Origin: Octopus vulgaris
Lineage: Eukaryota
Direction of reading: 5' to 3'
Assembly: GCA_951406725.2 (NCBI GenBank)
Contig: OX597825.1
Location: 6,634,001 to 6,698,000 of the forward strand
Length of the DNA: 64,000 nucleotides
The notes under the pieces were generated by a model. That model worked only from the letters and a program-made list of their open reading frames with translations, was not told the DNA's origin and made no database searches. The position numbers and the translations under genes were made by a program. Of the stretch, positions 24,303 through 38,045 are shown one piece after another; within the stretch, counting starts at the first letter, position 1; each line of letters begins with the position of its first letter.

Positions 24303-25349
24303 TGTGGCATCAATAGGTAACAATTTTAAAAATGCAATACCATTTATAGGCATTATGTCGAACCCTTGGGTGACATGATACACTTTATGTACGTAACATT
24401 TTATCAAATGCTTGGCTGGCATCTTTAAAGTGTTATAAAAAACTAAATATTCAGTAAATTAAGGACTTATATTTCTTGAGTTTTCAGACAAATGTTTCTC
24501 CTAGTTATGATACAGCTCATCCGAGAATAATTTGTCTGTAAAAGTATTGCCTCTTCAATATTATTGTTGGTGGTTATATTCGTAAACTCTATCTTCTACA
24601 GCACATTTTAAAGAGAAATTGTCCAGTATGGAGGTCATCCATATGGTTAAGAAGTTTGCTTTTTAATTCCATAGCTTCAGGTCTCACCCTACAACATTGA
24701 AGTTTGGGTGAGTGCCTTTTACCACAACCATGGGTTAATCTAAGCATTGATAAAGACAATGGATGCAATACAATATCCTGTCACATGGCCTGTATCATTT
24801 TGTTTGGAGTGGTACACTAAATCCCTTGTATGGATCAAAAGTCTAGCAGGTACCCTCAAGTGTCTGTTTTCTTTCTGACCAAGTCTCTCCAGGGTGAATT
24901 TAACCAGATTTCTTGCTACATGGCTTCTCATTGTAGTAACACAACAATCATGGTTTCTCTTTATCCCTTTCTGACATCAGTCTCAGAGGCTCTAACAAAG
25001 CCAGACAATTCTATTCCATCTGTGGGAAGAATGAAATATTAGTAATTAGGTGACATTACAATGTCATGGCCAGCTGTGATCTTTGGCCGTTTTACATGGC
25101 CGTGCTATAAGAGGCATTAAATAACTTTAGAAACAGCTTTCAGCTAGTCTTTTGACTAAATTCTTTATAAGATTAGTCTTTTAAATCTAATAAGCTTCTT
25201 AATATTCTTAATATAAAATCTCTTGCTATGTATAACAATGACAAAAGATAGGTATATATATATATATACAAGACAAACCATTGCTTATATGTGTATGTGT
25301 AGGCTTATATGTATATGATATAAAATTTAAATGATGTATATATTGATAA

Positions 25350-25742
25350 CTAGCAGCTAAGCCCGGTTTGGATGATGTGGCTGTGATCGTTTTCGGTTAG
25401 GCATAATCTATAACAGCGTTTGTCAACCTTATCATTTTGGGTCCTCTGTTTCGATTGGGGCCTCCAGCTATATGAGAATTTCCTTATCCCACCCCATCAG
25501 AAAACAGCTTCTAAGCAACTGGTTGTTTTAATGGCAGAAGAAAGAGGGAAATTCCATTAGAAAAGTTTTAATCGATTTTCTCGCTAAGTATGGGGGTTAG
25601 GAAAAAAAAATACAAACTGCATTCCAATCTATGCACCTGAATCCAAATGTGTGCCATTTTTCATGTGAATCCATCCAGCCATTTGGCTGTGAACCTCAAG
25701 AAAGAATACAACGATCGCCCATGTCCAAATTTATATTATAGA
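25350..25742 (-). mobile_element. Non-autonomous Helitron
   Basis: Minus: A|TCTATAATATAAA ... ccgggcttagctgCTAG|T; TC/CTAG termini, A-T target. Confidence 0.7.
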
Positions 25743-27323
25743 TAACTGATATTTCATCATCAGTTATAAGGAGCTGAAATAAGTGGGGGAGATTGGGTTC
25801 CAGTTTAATGACTGAAGATTTAAGAGTTTCAATTCTTTCTTTTTGCTTTTAGTTATGCTATATATATTAGCAAGGTATCAAATAAGTTAGTCATGTACCA
25901 TAGCAAAATATAAGAATAAAATACAGAATGACTTCGTCGTCATAAATTATAAATTACTATCTTATTTGATGGTTTACAAAAGTTCTGACTGTTTTAGATA
26001 TAAACATTGAATAAAATGGTATCCGAGACTATGATGGAATTTTAAATCAGATAATTGTTAGAAGCTCGGTTATTATTTAGAAATCTTATGAAACTAGAAG
26101 ACAACTGGAAAGTTTGGACACAAAGAAATTGGTTCTTAAATTGGATATAAATTGAAGCAACACAGTATATTTTAAAACGAATTTTCAAAAACGAGGAAGT
26201 AAAATGACTGCATGTCCATCTTGGATGCTGATAAGGTCAACAAGCACAAATCTAAACCATAAAATGTGACTTAATAGTGCAGATGGTATATCTAAATCTA
26301 ACATCTTTGAAACTACCCCTGATAGCATAAGTAATACAGATGCAGTTGCAAAGGCCAAGGACTCAGAACCACTTCCAGTCAGGACTATTTTATGGTAAAA
26401 CTATTCATTTTAGGCATATCTCTTAAATCTCTGCTTTCACATTGCAATTGACTGATTTTTTGAAAACAAAAAATAAATTTGGAAAAATGTAATTATTTTA
26501 AAAACTTTATTTGCAAATCTTAAGAGAGTTTTATTTCCCTATATTTACTCCTTACTGTGTTTTAAATTATTTTTTCCTGGTTTCCATTTTGATAGCTAAA
26601 GGAAATTAAATTTTTAAGTAATAATTTTAAAAAAGTAATATCACAAGGCTTCTGTCAGTTTAGAGATTATATTTTGGTTAATTGCAGTTTGAATTGCTTT
26701 GCTTACCGCAATAAAGGAAGCAGAAATGACAAGAGTAATAAAATAGACCTAAAAGTAATTTGTAATATAGGTTCATATTGAGAAGAATTTTTCATTGTTT
26801 TATTCTGTTTTCTAAATTATTTCTTAGAACACAAATCACAAGCCTAATTTTCTGCTTTAAACGCACAAACACAAACACACACACATAAACACACACATTC
26901 AATTTAAAATCACGTAATCAATGCTTTAAAACAGTACAATAAAAGAGTTTAATTTGCATTCATATTGCACGAAAACTTTTTTACTCTGTGTCTGCATCTG
27001 CCTTACTTTGTGTTTGTTTATGAATTCCAAACTAAACTATTATACGTAAGTATATGACTGTAGTTATTGATTTATGTGGTTTAGTGACAGCTATTAGACA
27101 TTTCTAATATGCTACTACCTCTCCACCACTTAAAATTCTCAATTAATCACAGCAAACATCACTCATTCTCTCTTTTCTCCAATAACACAAACTTAATTCA
27201 CTGAGGATTCATATAAACTAGGACTAACAATGTTCACATCTTGACATACTGGGGAAAACACGGATGCAAATCATTGAATCCTCACAAATGTTTCTCTGTT
27301 AGTATGGGTCTGTCTATAGCATG

Positions 27324-27843
27324 AAGAGTGACCCCACTCTTCGGTCATGAATGACCATGGGATTGCACCTAGAAAGTTACCCTCCGAAGCACCAAGTCCA
27401 GGCAAGGTTGTTTTTATGGAAGACCAGCAGTCGCCCATGCATACCAGCCTTCCCTCTCCATGCCACCGAAGTTATCCAAGCAGAAAGTAAAGGGGCCGAT
27501 ACAGTTTGGCACGAGTGATGTTATTACTCATTTCTACAGCTGAATGAACTGGATCATCATCATCATCATCATCATCGTTTAGCATCCGCCTTCCATGTTG
27601 GCATGGGTTGGACGGTGCAACTGGGGTCTGAGAAGCCAGAAGACTGCACCAGGCTCCAGTCTGATCTGGCAATGTTTCTATGGCTGGATGCCCTTCCTAA
27701 CGCCAACCACTCCATGAGTGTAGGATGAGCAACGTGAAATATTGTCTTGCTCAAGAACACAACACGCAGCTCAGTCCAGGAATCAAACTCACAACCTCAC
27801 AATCATAAGCTCGATGCTCTAACCACTGAGCCATGTGCCTTCA
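27324..27843 (-). mobile_element. SINE family D with 14-bp TSD, interrupted by family B
   Basis: TSD ctgtctatagcatg at 27310-27323 and 27844-27857; homologous to 4040-4405. Confidence 0.9.
27553..27724 (-). mobile_element. RTE-LINE 3' end nested in SINE D
   Basis: (cat)n-cgtttagcatccgccttccatg...aaccactcc. Confidence 0.88.
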
Positions 27844-28335
27844 CTGTCTATAGCATGTTACCACCTATATTGGTCTGGTATCATTTGTTCACTGGACTCC
27901 ACTCACCTGAGATCTGATTTCATTACCATTTCCTTACTTTTATTCTTTTCTGCTTGGGAAACAACTCTATTCCTATCTTGAAATCATTTCATTCTACATA
28001 CATGTCATGCATCAATACAATTTCAGCCATTTCTCCATCCTTCTTAATTTGTTTGAATCCTGTGATAGCCATTCACTCTCTCTGCTTGCTTAATCTGTGC
28101 ATTTGAGGTATGTTAAAATCCCACATTTAATAAACTACTACAACCATATTACATCTACAGCTTCAAGGTAGACTCAGTCTGTCTCACCACCTTCCAGTAT
28201 CGTACTTCTCACACATCTCCCATATTCTTTGCCCTTGGCAGGAACGAAACCCTTTCTTCGCAAGAAAGGCAAGAGGGACTTCACTATATTCCACCTGCTT
28301 CCTCACTGGTTGTCTCTATGGAGGCTTGTACAGCT

Positions 28336-28561
28336 ATCATCATCATCATTTAATGTCTGTTCTCCATGCTAGCATGGGTTGGACGGTTCAACTGGGGTCT
28401 GGGAAGCCAGGAGGCTGCACCAGGCTCCAATCTGATCTGGCAGTGATTCTACAGCTGGATGCCCTTCCTAACGCCAATCACTCCGTGAGTGTAGTGGGTG
28501 CTTTTTACGTGCCAGGGGAGGCTGGCAATGGCCATGATCGGTTGGTGCTTTTTACATGCCA
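28336..28561 (-). mobile_element. RTE-LINE 3' end (family B)
   Basis: Conserved end and subrepeats. Confidence 0.88.
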
Positions 28562-28767
28562 GTATTTATCATATCTCAAGTCTTAACTTCCTGTCAGTCT
28601 GCCAGAAATCCTACTTACTGTACCTTTGATGTACCTTTTTACTTGTTCCCAAATACCACACGTCTACAACCTACCCTGTACCTAGATATCAAGTAAGAGG
28701 AGAGCAGAAAAGGATTTTCTTTGATCTTTAGAATGGAAATCAGTTTTATATTCAGATTCACACACAC

Positions 28768-28833
<66 letters not shown>

Positions 28834-29965
28834 GTACACATACAGCAAATGATAAATTTCAAAACCCTTAATTTGCTACTTTTATTAAATTTTCATTTCC
28901 TTTTCATTGCCACAATTATGAATTCTACAGAAAGTTATTGAAGTCAACGATTTAGGAACTGAACTTGGAGAATAGTAAAACTATTCACTGGAGAAAATGG
29001 CAACTGTTAGAAATGGTTCACATATTTCTTCCCATTCCTTCTGTATTTCATTTTACGAGTAAAAAGTAATTGGAGCAGAGCTGTAAGGATTATTTGAAAC
29101 GTATCCAAAAACCTTCATAACAAACTTCACAACAATTTAGAGACAAAGACTGATTTATATTCGTTCTCTTTCTTTATTAGCATTTTTCTATAATCTAGCA
29201 ATTTCTAAAATGTTTAACCTTTCTCTTGCAGCAAACAAAAGAAAGTAATTTTGACAGTGAGTCTGTGTAAGAGGAAGACAAGAGGAAGTGCCAGAGATAA
29301 CAGCCATAAAAAAAAATTTCATTTTTCTTGCTTCTTTTTTATGTTCAACATTTTTTTACTGACATTATATCCTGTGGGAGACAGCGTGTACAGGATGCTC
29401 CTACCAGAATGGAATGGCAATCAAGTCAGATCTAGTTTTACATGCCAAGGTATATGCTTGAAAACAGATAATTGTCTGTAGGTCTAGAAAATTGTTTCAA
29501 TAGCAATTTCTTCTAAATGTTATACCTAACAGAACCGTATTCCATATGTGTGCGTTTGCATTAACGGCAGCAAATGTACATCCTTAGTTACAGAATGTTC
29601 CAACCAATAAAACACAACATCAATTAGGTTTTTAAAAAGTTATTCTTCAGTTTTTGGCTTCTTGGAACTACACATAAAACATTTCCTGCTTCTGCCAGCA
29701 TGCATCAACCAAACTTTGATTTTTAGACACGAATTCTTTGGAATGAATTTTTAAAATATCTGATCACAAATTTTTGTACATGAATATTCTTCTATTCCAG
29801 TGGTCGCCAACCTTTCCACTACCAAAGACCCCTTTTATTCAAATGAAGTTTTCCATGGGGCCCTTTTAATATGCTTATCCTTGTAATCGTGTAACATTTT
29901 CTCCCTTTTCTCATTTTTTTGTCCATGTTGATGCACATATTTGCTCACTTTCTTCCAAAAGTTTA

Positions 29966-30137
29966 ATGCCAGTCGATTAGATCAACCCCAGTATGTGACT
30001 GGTACTTAATTTATCAACCCCCGAAAGGAAGAAAGGCAGAGTTGACCTCGGCACAATTTGAACAGAGAACATAAAGACAGAAGAAATACCGCTAAGCATT
30101 TCGCCCAGTGTGCTAACGTTTCTGCCAGCTCACCGCC
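29966..30137 (-). mobile_element. SINE family C
   Basis: ctggtacttaatttatcaacccccgaaagg...ctgccagctcaccgcc. Confidence 0.88.
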
Positions 30138-30410
30138 CTACAATGCTTGACACATTACAAAATGAATTAGGACACAATGTTGCAACTATGTTAAACAACC
30201 ATGTTATTACAAGGCAATGTATGAAGTGGGCTAAATATAGAATGCGGCTGTAATGGAGTAACAAGAGCCTCCGATAGTTGAACACTAAACAGAGTAAATA
30301 AGTTATTGATATGCCAAGTGTCTTTTGTTGTAATTATTTTAAGAGTCTCTATCAGAGCATTTCATTGGATGGATGGATTGAAAGAGAAAAACACTTTGAA
30401 AAATCCTGAC

Positions 30411-30497
30411 CTTTTACAGCAAAGAATTAGAACCAGACAAAGAGAGAAAGCAGCACAAATAATGGCACAAGTGATAAATAAGAATGATTGGAACAAA
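30411..30497 (-). other. Candidate exon (87 nt, phase 2/2) encoding a TM-like helix
   Basis: Acceptor ttctccttaacttctcag, donor AAG|GTCAGG, LFQSFLFITCAIICAAFSLCLVLILCCK. Confidence 0.25.
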
Positions 30498-30641
30498 CTG
30501 AGAAGTTAAGGAGAAACCAAAGATATACATACACAGACACACACACAAAAATATATGTGTGAGTATACATACACACACACACACACACACATATATACAC
30601 AAATACATATATACATCATCATCATCATCATCGTTTACATA

Positions 30642-30673
<32 letters not shown>

Positions 30674-30738
30674 CACAAATACATATATACACATATATAC
30701 ATACACATATGTATGTGTATATATATATATATATATAT

Positions 30739-30986
30739 GCCGGTGCCACGTAAAAAGCACCATCCAAACGTGGCCATTTGCTAGCCCTGTCTGGCACCTG
30801 TGCCGGTGGCATGTAAAAAGCCCCCACTACACTCACGGAGTGGTTGGCGTTAGGAAGGGCATCCAGCTGTAGAAACACTGCCAGATCAGACTGGGCCTGA
30901 TGCAGCCTTCTGGCTTCCCAGACCCCAGTCGAACCGTCCAACCCATGCTAGCACGGAAAGCGGACGTTAAACGATGATGATGATGA
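30739..30986 (+). mobile_element. RTE-LINE 3' end (family B), young
   Basis: CpG-rich, close to the family consensus, (gat)n tail. Confidence 0.9.
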
Positions 30987-32294
30987 AATAGATGTGCACA
31001 TTTTTCCCTTGTTAACAATTAACACGGAAAAAATATTTTTCCTATTTTATAAGATTTTATTTAATATACATATAGTCATATACTTCTCATTTATTTAGTT
31101 CTTCTTTAATTTATCCCTCCTCTTTCTATAGGCTACCTCTGATGTTATATCATATAACGTTTTTTCAAACAATATTAATAGCATTCAGTTAGTCACTCTA
31201 TATATCCATCATTTTCTGTTAAAATGTCTTATTGACGAGTTTCCTTTCTTCACTTCCCCGAAGAGAAGTTTACATTGCTTTACAACATTTATACTTTGGA
31301 ATAATATCAGTGAAATCTTCGAAACATGTGTCAGAAGTAAAAGAATTTGAATTACACTTGCGTTAAACTCCATTTATTGATATATATATATATATATATA
31401 TATGCATGAATATACATACATATATATAATTAAATAATAAGGATAGACATTGATATTAATCAATTAAAATCAGTGGCTTAGCATATTTAAAAAAAACTGA
31501 AGATTAAAAATGTAACATAATTTTGTGTGTGTATATATATATATATGTGGTTATGCATAAATACATTTATATATGATATCCATAAATAAATATAGATGAA
31601 ATCCAGATATTCCTCATATATGATACACTTAGTAGTTCTTAAGAGATTTAAATTTGAGCAGGTTTAGAAGTAGATGTAGGGATAAGCAAATTAGACAGAT
31701 CACTATATTAAATACACGAAATACAAAAAAATGTATATATGTATACATATAAAAAGGTCCAACTTACACAGAGTACAAATGATAAAGAGAATTAAAGGGG
31801 TGGTGGAAGAGTATTACAAATTCATAGCAGTTTCTGGGGGTTTGGTGGTCTGTATAGCTGAAAGAGCTCAGATCTAAGGACTCTCACTACTGAAATTTTC
31901 AGTAGTTGTAAGCATATGGTTAAATTCTTGTTGACAAATTGAAAAGTGCCAACCACTTTGGATTGAATAACTGCACCACAAACTCTAAGTCATTATCTTT
32001 CCAGCCTTATAATTTACAGTCTACGGGGAAATAACTTGAATTCTACACTTTAGCTTTTTTCTATTTTCTCTTTCATTTTCTTCAATCTTCCACCATTTAT
32101 ATCTACTTCTTTTGCACATTTCCTTGCTTTTTACCCCCATCTTATCATCTCATTTTTAGTTTGTTATACTATGTGGGCAGTGCCCAATGATTGTGCTAAG
32201 ACACCAGACATGTTAAAAAACATGGTGTGGCATGCTCTTAGCACATGAAACTAATAGTTGCACATAAAAACATACATTGTGTTCATTAAATTAT

Positions 32295-32336
<42 letters not shown>

Positions 32337-33628
32337 GTATACGGAACTGCTTATTTAGAGTGAAGTTGTCATATTGCAACAAAATTTAACAGTAGGTTTG
32401 AGATAATTGTGTATTGTCAATATGAGATGAAAGTAATCATTGACAACCTTAACTGAAATACAAGTTTGTTAGGATTTGTCTCTAGATACTATGAGCCCCA
32501 TTGATAGGGTGTTCTTAGCCATTAATCCATAATTTTGGTTTCAACAGGTCTTTGCTGATAAACTACTTATAACTGACAAATAAATATGATTTTAGGCAAC
32601 TGTCTGAGAATTTGACAATTCCTGTAATGTCAGCTGCCTTGTGCTGCCCCTGTGGCAAATCCATTTAACTTTTGATAGTTCTGTCCACCATGTTAGTAAG
32701 TCGGTCTTGTTATAAAATATTGCTTACTGCTACGAGCAGCAGGAGTCCGGTCTGATCCCTGATATCTTATTTGAGTTGCTAAGATATGCTTATCTTCCTT
32801 ATTACTTTAAAATCAGCTTTATGGATTAATGGCTTATTTAAAAAAGAGAGACACTTCATAAAATTCAACGGTTTCAAGAATACTTAGACATTTTATAACA
32901 GTCAGCAAGGCACAAAAATAATATATACAAGCTTCTTTAATAATAATACACGAAAAGAGATAAAATGTCATTTATAAAACTAAAAAAAAAAGCTAAATCA
33001 ATCAGAACAGAAGTGAAATTTAAAAAAAACATTTAAGCATTTTCAATAGAAATGTAAAACATGTTGTGTCAAGTTCTAAGTTAAAATTTTTAACGAGTCT
33101 TCTATTGATCTTGCTTATATTATTTTGTTTAAATATACCAAGAGATCTTTTAAATTCTAAAATCATAAATTGAAAAAAACAGTCAAACACAAACTGGCAG
33201 AAAAGAAATCTGACAAAATTCCAATTAAATCTTCTTTGTTAATTTGCTATATTAAAATGAATTCCATTTATAGCAGTGCAGAGAGTTGAACAATGTGTTC
33301 AGACTGCCATTGAAAACAAACCATTATTACTATTTTCAGAAACCAGTGACTGATTTTCTTAAGTAGGGAGACCTCCTAAAACAAACACACTGATAAGTGA
33401 TTTAATGGGTGAGACTAGATTCCTTCATTCAACATGCAACATGTCCATGTGGTTCAATTCTATTGATATGATTTGTATTTCAGTTCAGCTTGGAGTTAGG
33501 ACGAAAGCCTGTTCTTTATTTATAAATCTAAGTTCTATGGAGCTGGTTCCTGTTAATAAGTCAATGTATGTAAATCTCTGTGAGTCTGTGCAAAAATTTA
33601 CCATTCTTTGACTTGTTATATTTCGTGA

Positions 33629-34006
33629 TTCTTTTTCTTTTTACTTGTTTCTGTCATTTGACTGTGGCTATGCTGGAGCACTGCCTTTAGTCGAACAAAT
33701 CGACCCCAGGACTTATTCTTTGTAAGCCTAGTACTTATTATATTAGTCTCTTTTTGTTGAACTGCTAAGTTACGGGGATGTAAACACACCAACATTGGTT
33801 GTCAACCGGTGGTGGGTGGGGACAAACACACACACATATATATGATGGGCTTCTTTCAGTTTCTGTCTACCAAATCCACTCACAAGGCTTTGTTCAGCTC
33901 ATGGCTAAAATAGAAGACACTTGCCCAAGGTGACTCACAGTGGGACTGAACCTGAAACCATGTGGTTGGTAATCAAGCAACTTGCCACACAGCCACTCCT
34001 GTGCCT
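33629..34006 (-). mobile_element. SINE family A
   Basis: Colinear with 2381-2788. Confidence 0.92.
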
Positions 34007-34501
34007 ATATGGTCATTTTTATTTTTGCCAAATAAATACATGCATTACATAACTCATTCTCCACTTCAGCTTTATTATTATTATTTTTCTTATTTGAGTG
34101 TCTTTTGTCTGAAATCTTTCATCACACATCCTGTGATTTCTTCAGTGACCTGCTATCTCATGTGTCTCTCAACTGTCCTGTCTAGTCTATTCTGTGTTGT
34201 TCTATTAGTCCAGAATAGACTAAACAGGGCAGGAGGAGACATGTAGGACAGAGATTTGCTGACGAGGTCACAAGATGTGTGATGAAAGATTTCAGACAAA
34301 GACACTAAAATAATATTAGTAATAACAATGATCACCCATCGTTTTGCCCAATATATCCTTCCATATTTCAAAATGCACTTTTAGGGAGATCTGGCCATTA
34401 TTTTTTAGTAGGTCAAGCGATCATATAGAAGCTCCCGTGTTAACTGATTCTGAAACCAAAATCTGAATCTGAGTGCTAGATATTTCCTTTCCTCTCCAAA
34501 C

Positions 34502-34588
34502 CTGAGATTCCACTGACAGATAAGGACGTTGTTCTATTCTAGATCTCTCACTGATATGCTTCAATGCTTCTGTGTCATCAAAATGGAT
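34502..34588 (-). other. Candidate exon (87 nt, phase 0/0)
   Basis: Acceptor ttttctcaatttattgacag, donor CAG|GTTTGG, IHFDDTEALKHISERSRIEQRPYLSVESQ. Confidence 0.25.
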
Positions 34589-35982
34589 CTGTCAATAAAT
34601 TGAGAAAAGACAAAATGCCAGTCTGCATGATTGGTCAGCTTCTGACATATTTCAATATTGGTTTGCTTTTCACTGAAATCTTAATTAATGAAAATAGCCA
34701 TCGTTCACATTTGTCCTACTGAAAGAATCTAACAGTAAATACATCCATTATAATAACTGAAGAACTTATTTCAATAAAACATATTTCCTATGTTATTAGA
34801 ATAGCAAAACTAATGTGTGAAAATATAAGATAAGAAAACGTCTTTGAATGATTCTATGACAACTTGATAATAACTTTGGTAATGATTGATAATTCCATCT
34901 TAGAATGGAAAAGCAATATATGATTCATTTACTCATTTACTGGATGACTGACTGACAGCAAGGACAGTTCAGTCCAATACTATCATCAGTCCAACTTGTA
35001 AAAGATACTGATGCTGATGATAATGATGATGATGGCATTACAATTTTAGTATAGACGGTGTTTAATTTTCAAAATGATAAATCAGTTTTATGGATGAAAG
35101 AGACAAATAATTTATTTATTGCCATCAATATAATTGCATTTAGTGAAAGATATATCCATTAACATGTATCACTGTTTCAGCTGAGGTGTGCAGGAATTTT
35201 ATTTAAGAAATTAGCAGTGAAGAATAAGAAATAACTTGAGTTAACTTGGAATTAAGAAGCCGACAATATCAGGTTATCTCATCTGGTATCATGGACAGGA
35301 AAGCAAAACAAGATTTGAAATATATTTTGTGCTATGATTTTACAAGCCATTTTATGATTCCATTTTTACCCCTCAGTTTCAGTTTGTGACATTTATTGAT
35401 TCCTTGTCATTCCTGTTGTTTATTTGTTAATTAGAAAATGGTTTTTGAATCTTCAGCTTTGGTTTAATTTCACAAATTTTTAACTGTTAAATGGTGTTAT
35501 AAGATATTTCAAGCGTTATGCCATTGGAGGTTAGACTACTAAGTACTATGTCGGCAGAGTCAAATAAACTGGTTTTTTTAAAGGATGGATAATTCAGAAA
35601 TATTTTTAATTTAATTAAAAATTTTGCTGAGAAGACAATCAGGAATTGCAGTTTCAACCTTGATTATAATAATAATCAGAAGAAAGACAATCCTGATACT
35701 AGTTACAAGTAAATCCCATTGGATGGTACCTATGGGAAGTCACATGGTAAAACAATTGTCTTTGAATGACTCAGTCCAGTAACTTCAAATAACCAAACAC
35801 TTTTGGTAATAAACAGGTATCTTCTAATCTCTTTCTCTATCCTCACTGCACTACTTATACTACTCCCACTGTTTCCTGTGGGCAGATCCCCCCCTCTCTC
35901 TTACTTTGACTGTTTCTCTATCTTTCTCTCCAACTCTCTCAGTTGCATTCCCTTTCTCAACTGAGAGGTACTTGTTTTGCAA

Positions 35983-36478
35983 GCTCCTGTGCTGGTACCA
36001 CATAAAAAGCACCCTTGCTGGTGCTATGTAAAACGCCCCTTACTGGTGCCATGCAAAAAGCACCCATGCTGGTGTCACATAAAAAGCACCTGTGCTGGAG
36101 CCATGTAAAATGCCCCCTTGCTGGTGTCACGCAAAAAAGCACCCGAGCTGGTGCCACATGAAAAACACTTGTGCTGGTGCCATATAAAAAGCTGGTGCCA
36201 CGTAAAACACAGCCGTGCCAGTTCCACATGAAGAGCACCTGTGCTGGTGCCATGTGAAAAGCACCTGCCATGGTTCCACATATAAATCACTGGTGCTGGT
36301 GCCTTGTAAAAAAGCACCGAATACACTCTGTAATGCGGCTGCTATTAGGAAGGGCATCCAAGTGTGAAAGCCCTGCCAAAACAGACATTTGGGGAGCCTG
36401 GTGCAACTCTCCAGCTTGTCAGCTCCTGTCAAACCATCCAACCCATGCCAGAATGGAAAATGGATGATGATGATGATG
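35983..36478 (+). mobile_element. RTE-LINE 3' end with expanded array of about 26-bp units
   Basis: About 13 units of gctggtgccac(a/g)taaaaagcacc.. followed by the family B end. Confidence 0.85.
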
Positions 36479-36779
36479 TTGGAAAATATCAACTAACACA
36501 TATTACTTTAGTTATTGATAAATTAAGTTACAAAGGAAAAAAAATGGATAGTCCCTTAGAAATACCCACTCAAAAGTAAATACCGAAACAACAAACAACA
36601 GCAACAACAATTAAAACATACAAAAATAAGAGTTAAATTATTCTTTAATCCTTACCGAAAGCATTTCCTTAAAGATATAAATGATGTAAAGGAAAAAAAA
36701 AAAAGAAAGAGAGACAAATACTACAGTAATATAATAAAAATGAATAGCATAGAAACCGTCTTTGAATATTTTGAACCAA

Positions 36780-38045
36780 ATACTTTTATCAAGAATTAGG
36801 TGAAAATAAGTGGAAATCAAAGAAACGCCAATAGCAAAAGAAACTGAGAAATTCTTGAGTAGAGAATACAATAGACAACATTGATGCAAACAATGAAAGA
36901 AGCACCTGAAGAAAAAATAACGGAGGCCATAGCAAAAAGTAGACTAGACACAATAGTAAACAAAACAATGGGAAGATATCAGGATGAGAGGAAAACTTAG
37001 AGTTAAAATATTTAATAGGGACGTATAAGGTTTAATAAGATTGTAAAAGAACCAGAGACAACACCTACCTAGCTTGCTGAGGAAAGAAGAACCATTTTCT
37101 TGTCCTAAATTAAAGAAAGAGGAAACCTTGAAGTCTACAGATTACATGATCTGTCTTTTTGTACAGCTTTAACTGTATTAATATCTCTGAGAATGAGAAA
37201 ATGGCCCCGTTGTGGGATAAAACAACCCACACAGACAGGGAGAGCAAAATTAATTAGTTAAATAATTTTGTCAAGAACCAACAGGAAACGATAATTGCTT
37301 CCTAATCAAAGTATCTGCCTCGACAGATAATAATGTAGAATAGAAAGGCAGAAATTATCTAAATATGAAGATCTGGAATAAAAGACGACTGTAATGGTTG
37401 CAAGGGGACCGAAATGAGAAACAAGTGTCACGATGAGGGGCCACTCGGAGAATGCTTAAAAACAGAGGAATATACAACAAAATCACCAAGATTTATATTC
37501 TTTTATTCTTTTATTTGTTTCAGTCATTTGACTGTGGCCATGCTGGAACACCAACTTTAGTCGAGCAAATTGACCCCAGGATTTATTCTTTGTAAGCCTA
37601 GTACTTATTTTATTGGTCTCACTTGCTGAACCGCTAAGTGACAGGGACGTAAACACACCAGCATTGGTTGTCTAGCGATGTTGGGGAGACAAACACAGAC
37701 ACACAAACATATACATACATATATGTATATAAATATATATATATATATATATATACTTCTTCTTTCAGTTTCTGTCTATCAAATCCACTCACAAAGCTTT
37801 GGTTGGGCCTGAGACTATAGTAGAAGACAGTTGCCTAGGGTGCCATGCAGTGGGACTGAACCCGGAACTATGTGGTTGGTAAGCAAGCTACTTACCACAC
37901 AGCCACTCCAGCGCAATTTGCAGAAAATAGCATGACTAAGCACTGAATAGTTTCAAGTCGAAAGTCCAACTCCACAACAAAATACTGCATGAAGTGCACA
38001 GAGCTGCACTAAATAGTGCAGTGAATGCATGCTGTTAAGATAATG
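36780..38045 (+). mobile_element. Old deleted R4/Dong-type LINE interrupted by SINE A
   Basis: Decayed CFLIKVSASTDNNV..KYEDLE and LQKIA motifs; 3' UTR gcacagagctgcact...gtgaatgcatgct matches 47117-47252. Confidence 0.6.
37497..37914 (-). mobile_element. SINE family A
   Basis: Colinear with 2381-2788. Confidence 0.92.

Noticed and set aside
31790-32760. LYRPP (APE endonuclease) and CPCGK (GIY-YIG-like) peptide hints
   Set aside because: Isolated 5-residue matches on opposite strands, without supporting motifs
35983-36320. CRISPR-like array of palindromic units
   Set aside because: No unique spacers, degenerate units, part of a LINE 3' UTR in eukaryotic DNA, no cas genes
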